From Plasmodiophora brassicae (taxonomy: Eukaryota): a stretch of 64,000 nucleotides of DNA. The position numbers were made by a program, and so were the translations under genes. The stretch spans positions 248,001 to 312,000 of the forward strand of contig CP145411.1 in assembly GCA_036867785.1 (NCBI GenBank), given 5' to 3'. The notes beneath the pieces were generated by a model, which worked only from the letters and a program-made list of their open reading frames with translations, did not search any database and was not told where the DNA came from. Positions 11,572-23,673 of the stretch are shown here, in pieces (the stretch's first letter is position 1; the number at the start of each line of letters is the position of its first letter).

Positions 11572-12431
11572 TTAATATTCAATAATCGGATCACCGATGG
11601 TTTCAATCTTTTCGACAGTGCACTGTAATTCGAACACCTTCGAAATGATGATCTTGTAAATTTTCTTCACGTTGATGGCATGTGATGCAGAGCAGAATAT
11701 CAGTGGCGCCTTCATCGCTTTCGCAAACTTCCGGGCCTGAAGGTATTGGAAGTTAAACTTTCAGATGAGGGAGGATCTGAACCAAATGCTAACCTGCTTC
11801 GTTATGTCCTCCTTCGTCTCCATGCTGGCTTTAGCGAAGACATCGTATTTCGTCCCGATCAAGAATGGGACAGCGCTCTAATAGAAGAAGTTTCAACGTA
11901 AATTCCAGCACATAGATGAAGTCAAGTACAAGCAACCTTGTTGAGCTTGCGCGCCTGTCTATACCATTCCTTGACAGCAGTCAGGGTCGACTTCCGGCAT
12001 AGATCGAACATAAACAGTAACGCCACTGCATCATTGCAGACCAACGGCAACATATGCAGGTACTCCTGTTGGCCGCCAAGGTCCCAGATACTGAAGGTAA
12101 TCTCCAGGTTGCGTAAATTTATGGTCTTCTCCATAAAGTTCACGCCTACCAGAAAAGCAACTGTAAGGCCTGTGCCGACATTACTCATGGACCGTAAACG
12201 TACCAAGCGTCTGGATATAGTCCTCATCGAAACGACCTTCGACGTACTTCACCATCAAACTGGTTTTGCCTGCATGCTCTCCCATTAGGGCGCGCAATCT
12301 TCACAGCCGCGCGCATACAACGAACCTGTTTGCGAATCGCCAATCATGCCGACCTTGATGACCAGCTTCTTCGTCTGCTCGCTGAAAGCGCCCGACGACG
12401 CCGAGTTGCTAGCCGGTGGGGTCGTCGACAT
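11572..12431 (-). CDS. TEM1: Septation/mitotic-exit small GTPase (Spg1/Tem1)
   Basis: [67 protein letters not shown] stop; several short introns. Confidence 0.92.
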
Positions 12432-12860
12432 CGTGACTGACGCAACCTGGCCCTCCGTGGTCAGCTTCGGCGGCGTCGACTCTGCATGGCGCAGCCTCAG
12501 GTCCAAAAACAGCTAGCGTCAAACCTGCCGATGCCTATGGAAACTTTCAGCCACTCGACGCCGAATCCTTGTTTCGTTGCAACATCAGGTACCACGCCGA
12601 TCAGCACGACCGCGTTCGGTGTGCAACAACCTGGATTTGGAGCCAGTTTGCTGTCTCTACAACGCAGATGTACTAAGGTCAAGCGGACTTGCTGTTCGCC
12701 ATCCCACAGGTTCTGCGCTGGATACAGTTAACAGGAAGTCGACGTCATACCCTGACAACGCGGGTGCAACCAACTGGTTGACGTTTTCGGCATACCGGTG
12801 GGCCACCATTTGCGGATGCCGACGTCTGGCGGCGGTCTGCGTCGTCAACGGCGGCTGCCG

Positions 12861-14012
12861 ATGGGGTCCGATCAGGCCGTCCAGGATACAGCTGACGACG
12901 CCGTGCTGAGCAAGGCGTCCGCGGCCGCCCTTGGCTATTTCGTCGATCCGTATGTGGAGGCGCTGGCACGACGATCCCACCCGACACGACGCGCCCCGCT
13001 GATCAATCGCGGGTACTTCACGCGCGTCGCCGCCATCCGGGACGTGGCCGTTCAGTTTGTACAGAAATGTCGGGCTGATCAGTTGCAATCGCAAATCATC
13101 TCCTTGGGCGGTACTGCTGATTTCTATTGCACAAGGTTCGATTAGGGATTCACTGTGGTGCAGGTGGATTTGATACATTGGTCTTTACCATGACGGCGCA
13201 CTCGTTGGCACCGACGGTCTACGTCGAGGTGGACTTCCCGACGGTTTGTATGAAGAAGCGGACTCTGATCCAAGACACGCCACTGCTGGCCGACGTGCTC
13301 GGCAAGTACGAATCTGGCGATGATGGCTCATCGGCATTTATTCGGAACGAACGTTACGTTCTGGTCGGAGCTGATTTGCGCGATCTCCCCGGCTTGGAAG
13401 CAGCGCTACGGAAGGCTGGCGTCAGCTTCACGGTTCCAACTCTGTTCCTAAGCGAGTGTGTTCTCGTGTACATGGATGCCGGGCCTGCTGACGCGCTCGT
13501 ACAATGGATCCCGAGAACATTCCGTCGGTTGCAGCCTTGTACACGTTGAGAAACGGATGTGCTTATACCGCTGTGCAACAGATTCGGATGTGGCGTTTGT
13601 CCTGTATGAACAAATCCTGCCTGACGATCCGTTCGGGAGGACCATGTGCGACAACCTGCGAAATCGGGGATGCCCTCTGCGTTCGATAGACGCCCATCCA
13701 ACGCTGCAAGCCCAGGAACAAAGGTTTCTGTCGGGCGGTTGGGCACACGCGTATGCGGTCGACATGATTTCCGTTCACGTAAGAGTGTGCCCCTTTCGCC
13801 CTTGCGGTGCGTTGTTAATGTGCAGAAAGGGCCGCGTACTTGACAGGGATGAAGTCAAGCGAATAGAACGACTCGAGCTTTTCGATGAGTTTGAGGAATG
13901 GCATCTTATTCAATCGCATTACTGCATATGCCTGGCGGGGACGTCGGAGAGGTTCTTGTCGCAACCCACGTTTTCTCGGTTGCAAGCCGCCGCATCGTGC
14001 ACCAATACATGA
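12861..14012 (+). CDS. LCMT1: Leucine carboxyl methyltransferase 1
   Basis: AVQDTADDAVLSK, PLINRGYFTR, EVDFP, PTLFLSECVLVYM, D.FGRTM, LELFDEFEEW motifs. Confidence 0.93.
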
Positions 14013-14145
14013 CCAAGTCGGTTTCCGCTCTGCATAGGGCCCATGCGCCGGTACCTTCTGACCTGCAGTTGACCTGGACACAGACCTTCACGTGACTCAA
14101 GCCAGTCTTATAGCAGACGCGCATTCCGAGGAGGTCGCGTGCCAC

Positions 14146-14790
14146 ATGTCTCCCATGAGGACAATGTACTTAAGAGCTCTGGCTATGGCCATCGCTGCAT
14201 CTGCAATCGGCCAAGGGCGTGTGTTCACATGCGAAAACAGCACGCTCCTCTATTCCGTCAAAGAGGCGGACAACGACCCGATGGTTGTGTACCAATCCAA
14301 CAACGTTACGCGGGTGTTCACCCAGAACCCTGAGACGGGCCAGTGGGAGACGGAGCTCCAGCCACGAACGCAGGGGAAGACCTGCGACTTCAAGGTCATA
14401 ACACAGACGGTCCAATCGAAATGTGTCACGACGAGCGATGGGCCGGACCGTGATCTGAATTTCTGCACGGGCGGTGGATCGCAGCAAGACGACCTAGATG
14501 ATGTCGTCGCCGAGCACCTTGTTCTGCTGGCATGCAGCTCTGAAGAAAGCGCCTACGCTAAGGTGGCGACAGCAGACGGTTCCACCCACTTCATCGCGGC
14601 ATACCACACTCAGGCCGAATTCGAGGCCAGCGAGGAATACGACCCGAAGAATATGTCAAGCACCATCGAGGCGTTCAAGCGCAAGCAAACTTGCGACGAC
14701 GACTCGGTGCATTCCCGAGCAATGCCTGCATTATCCGGCACCACATGGGCAATTGTGTTGACCCTGATAGGCGCTGTCATCCTGTCATGA
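14146..14790 (+). CDS. Secreted, probably GPI-anchored, Cys-containing protein of unknown function
   Basis: N-terminal hydrophobic segment LRALAMAIAASAIG, six Cys, C-terminal hydrophobic tail WAIVLTLIGAVILS; start codon choice uncertain. Confidence 0.7.
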   Translation: MSPMRTMYLRALAMAIAASAIGQGRVFTCENSTLLYSVKEADNDPMVVYQSNNVTRVFTQNPETGQWETELQPRTQGKTCDFKVITQTVQSKCVTTSDGPDRDLNFCTGGGSQQDDLDDVVAEHLVLLACSSEESAYAKVATADGSTHFIAAYHTQAEFEASEEYDPKNMSSTIEAFKRKQTCDDDSVHSRAMPALSGTTWAIVLTLIGAVILS

Positions 14791-14983
14791 TCCGGGCAAG
14801 CCGGCAAGTTAAATGGTAGTCGTTGCGATGATGAATGGAAACATTAGCATTGCACGTGAACCGACGTTCAAGAACGACATCTTGAAAAGTCGGCGGAATG
14901 CTCCGTCATGCTTTACTATAAACGTCTGTCAGTTTGGTAGAAAATTGCTGTCGTGTGGAAGTAAACCGCTGGCATGAAGAATA

Positions 14984-15845
14984 TTAGACTGCCGCGCTGC
15001 TCTCGCCATCCACAACGGTGACGCTTCCCAGCCACGATGAAGCGATGTTTCTGCAACCGAGGTCTTCTTCGCTACTGACACATTCGTCGTCGTCGGGTTC
15101 GGATACGTCTGGTACAGTTAACTTGAGACGCGGCAAGCTAGGGAGCACACGCGTCATTGGCAAACCTTGCAGATCCATCATCGTCTCCATCGGACGATGC
15201 ATGCTGTTGATAGCATGCATCCCGCTGACAGCGGCACATGCGAAGAACACGAGCCTTCGCTTCTTGCGGTTGATAATGAAGAAGTTGATGCTGAACAGCT
15301 TTCCCCTGCGACCGTACCGGTCAACACAGCAAGCCATCGATCATCATCCACGATCCGCAACCATACAATGTGAATACGTCGGAATCCAGGTTTGGCACAT
15401 ACTGAAAGATGTCAGATGCATTCAGGTCGATAAAGTCGTCCAGCGTGTGCCAGAACCGCTCCTTCAAGTCCGGGTGCAATTTCTCGAGCGGCCCCAGGCA
15501 GTGCATATTGATGGCCAGCGCGGCGTCGTCGGATGACACGCGCTGGAAATCGTCCGGTTTCGCGGCGCTGAAATCGTAATCGACGAACGACTGGTTCAAC
15601 GTCGAGATCAGTTGCGATAGAAGCTTCCGTGTCGACGGCAGCCTCATGGACCCCAGCGGCGAATTGCAGATCGCGCCGTTCGACGATTCGAATTGCCCAT
15701 TGATCTCCGTCAGAAGGCGTTTATCCTCCTTGTACGGCCGGCACGTGTACGCTTCGAGTCGCGCATTCACGACACGATTGCCCAGATCCACCGCCGACAG
15801 GTGCTGGTTGAGGCCCTCGAGCTCGGGCGAATCAATGTATCGCAT
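14984..15845 (-). CDS. MAF1: Repressor of RNA polymerase III transcription MAF1
   Basis: MRYIDSPELE, RLEAYTC, LISTLNQSFVDYDFS, FSINFFIINRKKRRLVFF, acidic tail. Confidence 0.88.
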
Positions 15846-16123
15846 GCCGCGTTCGACAGTCCGCCGGCGCGCCGCACCCACTGTAAATCGTGACGTGACG
15901 GGTCACGCTGCCGCCGACACTGTTGACGCGATAATAGACCCAGGCGGGCGGCGGTGCTTCCCATAAACACCGTGCGCAGTGCGCGGCCTCCGACCCCGTG
16001 ACAGTGCAGCTCCCTCCTCGACGATTTTACCTACAACGTATATAGGTGCCCGACTTCTATGGATGCAGTGTGAAACGGACTGCCAGCGAGCCTACAAATG
16101 TCAGCTGGCGTACCTTCCGACGA

Positions 16124-16603
16124 ATGGTTGCCGCTAGAGCCAGAGGAGAATCCGTTTCCGACGTGTTCGGAACGCTGGTCGACCGGTTCGTCCAACACGA
16201 GCACGATCTATTAGCCTGGACCCTGAGCACACTGCTATCACTACTTCGGTTTCTGGTGTTTCTTAGCTTTGGTACTTGAGTCGTATTACCGCACTTTGGC
16301 GAATGTCGTTGTCAAGACAGTGTTCCACGTTCTGCGGACATACGTCGAGCATGGCTTTGGGCACGCTCCTAACGCCTGGGCTGTTCGCTATGCGCCTTGC
16401 AAGGCATACTTTGTGCCAGTATGAGGAACCTCGAATTGCAGAGCACGTCGATCGCAAGTGCCCAGAGCCATGCTCGACGATCCATCGATACGAGACGGAC
16501 ACGGCATAGGCCATCCATTAGGTATGCTGGTCTCTTGAACTCGAGGGTCATTGTTTGGGGATTTTCTACCGGATGTCGTCAGGTACCGCTTCTTCCCGTG
16601 TAG
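16124..16603 (+). CDS. Possible small spliced membrane protein
   Basis: ATG 16124, hydrophobic LLAWTLSTLLSLLRFLVFLSF, GT-AG intron 16272-16320 keeps the frame open; 3' end uncertain. Confidence 0.25.
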
Positions 16604-16722
16604 CCTCAGCCTATTACAAGGTGGTCCCAAACGAGAAGTGGCAGGTAAAGGACAGCAGCGAAAAGCACAGGGCGGGACAACACGATTATGGAACATGGGA
16701 AACGTAGAAGGATCATTCAGCA

Positions 16723-17845
16723 TCAGAATGTATTAGGTTTACGGATGAACCCGGCGTCGGTGCGCACCTCAGTCTGCAAGACCTGCCCAGCATACACGTA
16801 GGACCCCAGCCAATAGACGATGAGGACGTAGAGCAGGGCGCCAATGCTCGCCACCTGAATCCACGCGAACTTGGCCACCTCGCTGAATGCGGGGACGTAT
16901 CTGTGCCCCGCCATTGTCAGCAGCGTCGATGGATCAGACGGGGACGTGACTAACTGGATGGTCTGCGTTGGGACCTGCATGGTCACATTAACTTGGAATC
17001 GGTTGTCGGTGCCCAGCAGCCACTTTGGGGCTGGGTCTGAGAACGCCACCGTTTCTGCAGCAGAAATCAATACACACTGTCGCTCTCGTGTCACCAGCCA
17101 GATAGGGGTTAGCGACACGAACCGTTGCGCTGCGTGAACGATAGGATCCAGTGGTCAAAGTCGAAATTGCTGTACGACGAAACCGCATTGGGGATTGTAG
17201 GATCGCTCGCGTAATCTGTGATTTTCGTTGTCCTGCGCACACCCACGTTAGCGGGCCGTTTGGGACGTGTATGTCGTCGTACGTGATGAGGGGAGTCCTT
17301 TGCTGGAACAGCAACGGCCCTGCCGAACTGAACATGACGCCCGGAAGCGTTGATTCATGTTCGGCAATGGCGATCGCGTTCATTTGCATCTTGACCTTAT
17401 CCTGCAGGACGACATTGACAAAGGTTGCTAGGCGCGCGCCACGTACCGTGAACGTCGTGTCGACCGGGACAATCACGTTCACGTTGATATAATCGACGAT
17501 GCCGTCCCTGTTCGAATCCGTCTGACTGCTGCGGAAGGTCCCGGCCAGGAGACGCGCTGATGGGATCAGGTTGTTCAGGTCCGACATCGTACTCCATATG
17601 CGACGGGAGACGACGCCCGTGCTCGTCGCCACAGTTGTCAGCACCATAATCGCCTCCGTACGCAGCTGAACCTTCGGCTGCTCCAGGTACGTCCCCTGTT
17701 TCTTCCACAGATCGCCGGAATCGTACGCGAACACGAACGCGAGGACGGCGACCGCAACGTAGGCGCAGATCCGGAACAGGTTCGCCAGCGACAGGAACGG
17801 TGCATAGTGCCGAATGCTGAGATCGCGTTTGAACACCTGCACCAT
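16723..17845 (-). CDS. TMEM231: Ciliary transition-zone protein TMEM231
   Basis: N-terminal TM followed by LWKK..TYLEQPKV, DSNRDG, and C-terminal YVPAFSEVAKFAWIQ plus TM. Confidence 0.88.
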
Positions 17846-17950
17846 ATTGGATATCAACGCACGTCCTGCCTGTCACAGGCAGGTGGGGCCACACGAGAAA
17901 GGCCGCCCCCCTTCCCAAATTGCGTCATGAAAGACATTCTCTGCCTTTAC

Positions 17951-17976
17951 TGTGTGTGTGTGTGCGTCTGTGTGTG
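17951..17976. repeat. Imperfect (TG)n microsatellite
   Basis: tgtgtgtgtgtgtgcgtctgtgtgtg. Confidence 0.8.
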
Positions 17977-18009
17977 AGTTCGTTTTCGTGGATAGCTGTG
18001 CGCGGCGTG

Positions 18010-18924
18010 TTAGGCGTACCCAACGGCGCTGGTCTTGCTGCGGATGAATGCCGGCACGTCGACGACACTGGGGTCGGGTACCGCCGGTGCTCTGTACAGC
18101 CCCGCTGGCTGTCGCTGGCTACTATACAGCGAAGGGGAGGGCGCCGTTGGTGGTGCGGCGTACAGCCCAGGTGCGGATGCGCGGCGCTCGACACGGTAGA
18201 GTGCGGGCGAAGGTGCAGCACGCACCCCGCCGTACAGCGGTGCGGACATCGTCTGCACGCGCCCGTACCCTGGGGTAGTCAGGTTCGCCGTCGGAGCCGT
18301 CGTCGGGACTTGGACGGCGTACTCGGTGGCCAGCGACTCAATGATGATGGTGGGTGCGGGCGTCGGTGCGCGTGCCGGTGCTGGTGCGGGTGTACGTTTG
18401 ACAGGTGTGGGCGCCGGCGTACGATGATGTGGCACGTGCCGTTTTGTCGGCGCAGGCGTCGGCCTTGGGGTCGGTCTTGGTGTTGGTGCGGGCGTAGGCG
18501 CTGGTGTTGGCTTTGGCGTCGGCGCGGGCGTCGGTGCTGGGGTCGGGGCCGGTGTCGGTGCGTCTGTTTGCCCTTCCATACCCATGGACGCCGTGAACCT
18601 CGGCGTCGGCATCGGCGTTGGCGCCGGCGTTGGCGCACACGTACACCCGCTGTTCTCGATCATGGCCAGGACGTTGTTCGTGGCCACAGGCAGCTGCGCG
18701 CAGATGGTCTGATTCCGAAGCAGGGCGCGATCGCAGGACTGCTTCAGGACGTCCAGCAAGGCGACCGTCTGCTCCAGGTCCTCGCACCGAAACTGATGGG
18801 ATCGGGCGCCGTACAGCGCCGACGTGTACGACCGACGAATGGAGCCGTCGTCGAGGACGACATCGGCCGCCGGTCTGGATGGGAGGAGGGACAGCGTCGC
18901 TAGCGCCGCCACGAGCGTCAGCAT
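18010..18924 (-). CDS. Secreted Pro/Thr-rich mucin/extensin-like protein
   Basis: Signal peptide [14 protein letters not shown], small Cys domain, (PTPA)n repeats, C-terminal xLY-repeat motifs. Confidence 0.75.
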   Translation of the reverse strand: MLTLVAALATLSLLPSRPAADVVLDDGSIRRSYTSALYGARSHQFRCEDLEQTVALLDVLKQSCDRALLRNQTICAQLPVATNNVLAMIENSGCTCAPTPAPTPMPTPRFTASMGMEGQTDAPTPAPTPAPTPAPTPKPTPAPTPAPTPRPTPRPTPAPTKRHVPHHRTPAPTPVKRTPAPAPARAPTPAPTIIIESLATEYAVQVPTTAPTANLTTPGYGRVQTMSAPLYGGVRAAPSPALYRVERRASAPGLYAAPPTAPSPSLYSSQRQPAGLYRAPAVPDPSVVDVPAFIRSKTSAVGYA

Positions 18925-19028
18925 CGTGCCTGAAGTTTTGAATGGGCCCATGCTTCCGGCGCGGAACCCGGTGACGTCAACGCCGAATGACGTCATCTCG
19001 TCGTCGTGTATTATCGCAGACACAGGGT

Positions 19029-19873
19029 TCACAGATTCAGCTGCCCCTCCCGGCTCGTCAGCGGCACGTAACGAACCGCCGAGAACGATTTCGACGTGAC
19101 GCGACCGTTGCTATCCTTATCGTACGCCATCAGCTCCTGGCCGGCCCAGGACGCACCCACTGGCACAATCAGCCGTCCTGAATCCATCGCATCAGATGAC
19201 GAACGGTTCCAGCAATCGATAACGCTCACCATTGTTTTTCAGTTGCGCTATTAGCTCATGAGGCACTGTCGGCGCCGCCGCCCCCACATGAATGCTGTTG
19301 ACCTGACGTCAGGAACGGCGTCCACACGAGAAACAGGAACCGCATTACCAGTCGAACGGGGCTTTGTCTTTCATGCCAAGGCGCCCGTCGCCGACGACGA
19401 ATTCGACAAGGCCGTCGCGAAGCAGGTCGGGGTTGCCGGCGTTCACGTTCCGAATGGCCATGTCGACAAGCTCGCCAATGTGTTCGATGCCGTAGACGCG
19501 GCCGTCTGGGCGAACGAGTTCGGCCATGACGGCTGACAGGTATCCGCTGCCGCTGCCCACATCGAGGACGACCGCGCCCGGCTTCAGCTGGTCTTTCAGC
19601 TCCTCCAGGCACATGGCGTGCATGTGCGGGGCGCTGATCGTCGCGTTGTACCCTGACGCCCGCCTGTCACCAGCACGTTGCCAGGTGGGGACATGCATGC
19701 AGGTTACCGATGGGCTGCGGGCTGTCTTCGTACGGGTCGCCGGAACGAGGCACGTAGTGGCCGCGGTCGACCTGCATCATCGCCTTCAGGATGCGATCGT
19801 CCTTGACGATGCCGGCGTTGCGCAGATTGACGACGAGCGCATGGTTGGACGATGCGGAACAGCGCCAGGCCAT
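19029..19873 (-). CDS. PCMT1: Protein-L-isoaspartate O-methyltransferase
   Basis: MAWRCS, DSPQPIG|YNATISAPHMHA, LDVGSGSGYL, GDGRLG, GRLIVPVG, RYVPLT. Confidence 0.95.
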
Positions 19874-20527
19874 GCTGAACAGGCGGACACGACCGTCGTC
19901 GTCCTCGCCGCTGTCGACAAATTTGGTGAATCAGACCAGCGATCACGCAGTCGGCGTTTATAGGGGGCCCAGATTGCGATGACGAATGAATTTACCGTGC
20001 CGACTCGTGATTCACGGGCACGACCACAACATGCACGAGCGCCAACGCCGCAAGGACAACGTGCTTCGCCGTCATCTGCGCGCGTATACAACGCTGACGT
20101 CGCTCCAATGCGGAAGGCAATCCCGTGCTGAGGCGTCCGTATCACGCAAAGCCCGATCCGATGCTCCGTGGACTGACAGGGCCCAGTCTAAGTGAACGCG
20201 GCTGCCGAAAGACTGCGACGCGCGCCCCGTCCCGCACAGTGCACAGGTGCGCCCCACAATGGCGCCGTCGACGCCGCCGGGGCGGGCCGCATGCGTTGCC
20301 AACTGAATCCATAAACGTCTCTACCTAGTAGCTGGGCGAAGATCAGGCGTTCGTCGTGCTCTAGCAATAACGGCTAAGCTAAGCGCTTCGGGACGGAACC
20401 GGGGGCTCTCTGCGCCGCTTGCGACGATCCCGCCTGGTCACCTAATAATAGCATCGACGTCGGTGACGACGCGGACGCCGCAGCGCGCAAGGCCAGCCAC
20501 TGCTGGCATCGACACACACACGTTTGC

Positions 20528-22138
20528 ATGGCCGGACAGGCCTCGGGCACCAGCCATGCCGCGGTGGTGTCGGTCCAGAAGTCGGCTGGGGAAACCGATG
20601 CGACGCATGGCGACCCGCAGGCCAAGTGGCAGGTGGTTGCGGGGCTGATCCTCAGCAGCGTGTTCCTCCAGTCGCTGAAACCGTCCGACCCGTACCTGGT
20701 CCATTACTTCCAGGACAAGTTCCAGCTGACACCCGACGATACATCGCATTTCATTTGGGTACCCACACTGACGTGTGTGACGATGGTTGCAACGCGCTGA
20801 ATGCCCCCGCGTTGCTATAGCCGTTCTACACGTTTGGATACGCGCTGGCGTTGACGCCAGTCGCCGTCCTGGCTGAATACGTTCTCGACTATCCTCACGT
20901 GGTTGTCCTGGGGCTTCTCGCCCGTGTCGCCAGCCAGTTCATCTTGTATTACGGAATGACGCTGACCGCTATACAATCCTGCCAGGTACGTGTTGTTCGC
21001 TCTGCGAGTCGCTGGCCACCTTGACGCCTGCCTTTACAACAGGCGCTGTTCGGTCTAGCCAGTAGCACCAAGATCGTTAACGGCGCTCTACTGTACTCCC
21101 TTATTCCTATCGATGTCTTCCACCGCATCGTACTGGCACCGTATACCTGTCCTCGATTGCACGCGTATTGATCGTGACTTAGACGGGCTACCTGCGCTCT
21201 GCAACACTCTTCGGCAACGTGCTTGCAGGCAGGGATTCGCATCTGCGTGTTCCACGGTTCGTTTACAATTATACGGGCAGGTTCCACTGGGTGGCTACTT
21301 CGAGATCGGCTAGGCGTCCCATATTCGATCCTGTTTCATACCTCGCAAGCCAGCTCCGTCGCCGGCCTGATCCTGTTCGCCTGCGCTCTCTCCCGCCCCC
21401 GACGGATACGTACCAAACGTTCATCGTTGCGGGAACAGTGGTTCGCCCTCAAAGCACTCGTTGGCCGCAGCCGGCAAATTCGACTCTGGAGCGCTTGGTT
21501 CTGGGTTGGCACTGGTAGGCCATTGAGCTGGGTCGCACTCGTTTCGATTCTGATGTGCATGTTTCGCAGCGTGTTCCGAGCTGGTGCTGAACATGGACAC
21601 GACGCTGTTCAAAGCGGTGGCATCCTGGAATCAGCACAACGGCCTCGTGCTGGCAGCAGGGCGTGTCGCGGCCTGTGGGAGCGCTCTCGTGTGTAACCGA
21701 TGGCGCGCCGAGTTCGATCAGCACGCGCCCCGTATCGTTATGGTCTCTGCGCTCTCTACCGGCGCACTGCTGTTGATCGCGTCCCAAAGCACCTGGATCG
21801 CTGTGACGCACGCCTGCATCATCCTGTTCTATTCGCTCCAGGAACTGAGCTTCTGTGCCGCCTCGGCACAGATCGCGGTCCGGACTGGCGATGATCTACG
21901 TCTGGTCGTGCTGTTTGTGAACACGCTGCTGTCGTTGATCGTGCAGAGCCTGATACAGCTCGTCCTGGGGCCCTGGGCCCTCCAGGCGACCGTGCGATCC
22001 AAGTTCGCATGTCTGGGAACGCTGCTGCTCATTCTGGCTGGGTGCATTGCAGTCGTAACTATCGTGGCACAGAATAATCGCCGCCGTCTGCGAACCGAAC
22101 CTGTGTCAACTTCTGCAATCGAACTGGACTCACTCTAA
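20528..22138 (+). CDS. SLC19-family reduced folate / thiamine transporter
   Basis: LKPSDPYLVHY...IWPFYTFGY motif, multiple TM helices, FVNTLLSLIVQSLIQ; multi-exon. Confidence 0.8.
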
Positions 22139-22195
22139 ACTAAAATATTGCCAGAAACATGTTGTGTACAATTACGGATGGGCCAACCATGTCTG

Positions 22196-22555
22196 TCAAG
22201 ACTGGCGCTTCTTGGTCGATATGTAGCACACTGCGGGATAACGGTTAGGTAACAAATTGGCCAAGCAGGTACATCATACGGAACACCGACACACCATTGT
22301 TGCCCCGTATAAAAGCATCGCCGTATTTGGTTTTCAGCTGATCGTCGATATACTCCTCGGTCTGCTCCATGGCGATGTTCATATACCCATCCAGACACGC
22401 CAGAACGCCTGCACATCCGCCCATGTGACTCAGCGCCACTCCACCGATTCCGACATGCCCCACAGACCTCGGTACTCGACGCCCGAGTTCAACTTGACGT
22501 AGACGGGGCGACCCAGGACGGTCTTCAGGAAGTCAGCCGGCGAACGCTTGCTCAT
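22196..22555 (-). CDS. LSM6: U6 snRNA-associated Sm-like protein LSm6
   Basis: SPADFLKTVLGRPVYVKLNSGVEYRGVLACLDGYMNIAMEQTEEY...YGDAFIRGNNVCYIS; two introns. Confidence 0.96.
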
Positions 22556-22740
22556 TGGGTCGTCACCGCGTTCGCGGACTGCGCACGAACAGAGCCCTCC
22601 CGCCCGCCATCTGGCAGCTCAAGCTGGACCTGCTTCGACATCTACATAGCGGTCTGGCGTGGTACGCGGGTACTCGTGTCGATTCCCCGTCCAATACAAA
22701 CACGCGTTGTGATGTGTACTGATGGATTGCACAATAGCGC

Positions 22741-23554
22741 TCAGTCCAATTTGAGCTGGAAGGTCTCGTGCTTGGTGCCGGCCTTCGTGATGAGGTAAAT
22801 GTCGACCTGGTCGCCAGTGTAGATATCGCGTTCACCGATGGATGTGAACACGTCTTTGACGAGCGTGACGGTGTCGGACGCCGACAGGACCTTCTTGTTC
22901 TTCGGCTGCTGCTTGAACTCCAGCTGGTTGTCCAGGATCGAAGTGCCCAGCGCCGCACCCGACCCTTGTACGCCAAACGGGATCCGCTCGAACGACCCTA
23001 TGGCATCGTAGCCGTAGACGGCGCCTTTCCCATTGTTGTCAATGCCGGCAACGATGTTGAACGTGTAGTACGGGAAGAACCGCCTCTGGTACAGATTCGT
23101 GGAAACCAGCTGGGCGACCGCTTCGGTGCCCATAACACGACCATGCCTAAATGAAAATGTCATTTATACGCGTGAACGGTGGGAATGCCTCCAGGATACG
23201 TGTGCTCGTATTTCGTGAGATACGCAGAAATCAGCTTGTGGAACGCATCACGATCCGCAGCCATCCCCTTCACTGTGTGTCAGTCGAATAGCGGTTGCGT
23301 TTCAGCATACGGCTTACAGCTGTTGCGATCACGGTCTTGTCCGTCAACTGAATCGTCTTCGGCACCGCCCTGGACATGATCGAGTACCCGGTCGACATAC
23401 GGGTGTCGCTCGCGACGACCACAAAATCGGCACCGGCCACCGCCATCGACGTCCCGCCGTTGTTGGTGTACGGCGACCACTGCTGCGGTCGATGCTGCCG
23501 CTCGTCATCATACGACACGACGCCACCACCCGCTTTCTCCGACGCGATCAACAT
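22741..23554 (-). CDS. PSMB1: 20S proteasome subunit beta-6 (beta type-1)
   Basis: WSPYTNNGGT, ASDTRMSTGYSI, LYQRRFFPYY, ERDIYTGD. Confidence 0.95.
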
Positions 23555-23673
23555 CTTTCAGCCACGAAAAATGACCTCGACGCCGCTCGCGCCGCTTGCG
23601 ATCGACTTTTCGTACAACTGCAAAAAACGTCTGCCAACGGTTAACTTTGCCTAACGGCGTTTACTGAAGCACG

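Noticed and set aside
20341-22138. Canonical TPP riboswitch at or in the SLC19 gene
   Set aside because: No CUGAGA/ACCUGAU-type conserved motifs seen upstream or in the introns examined.
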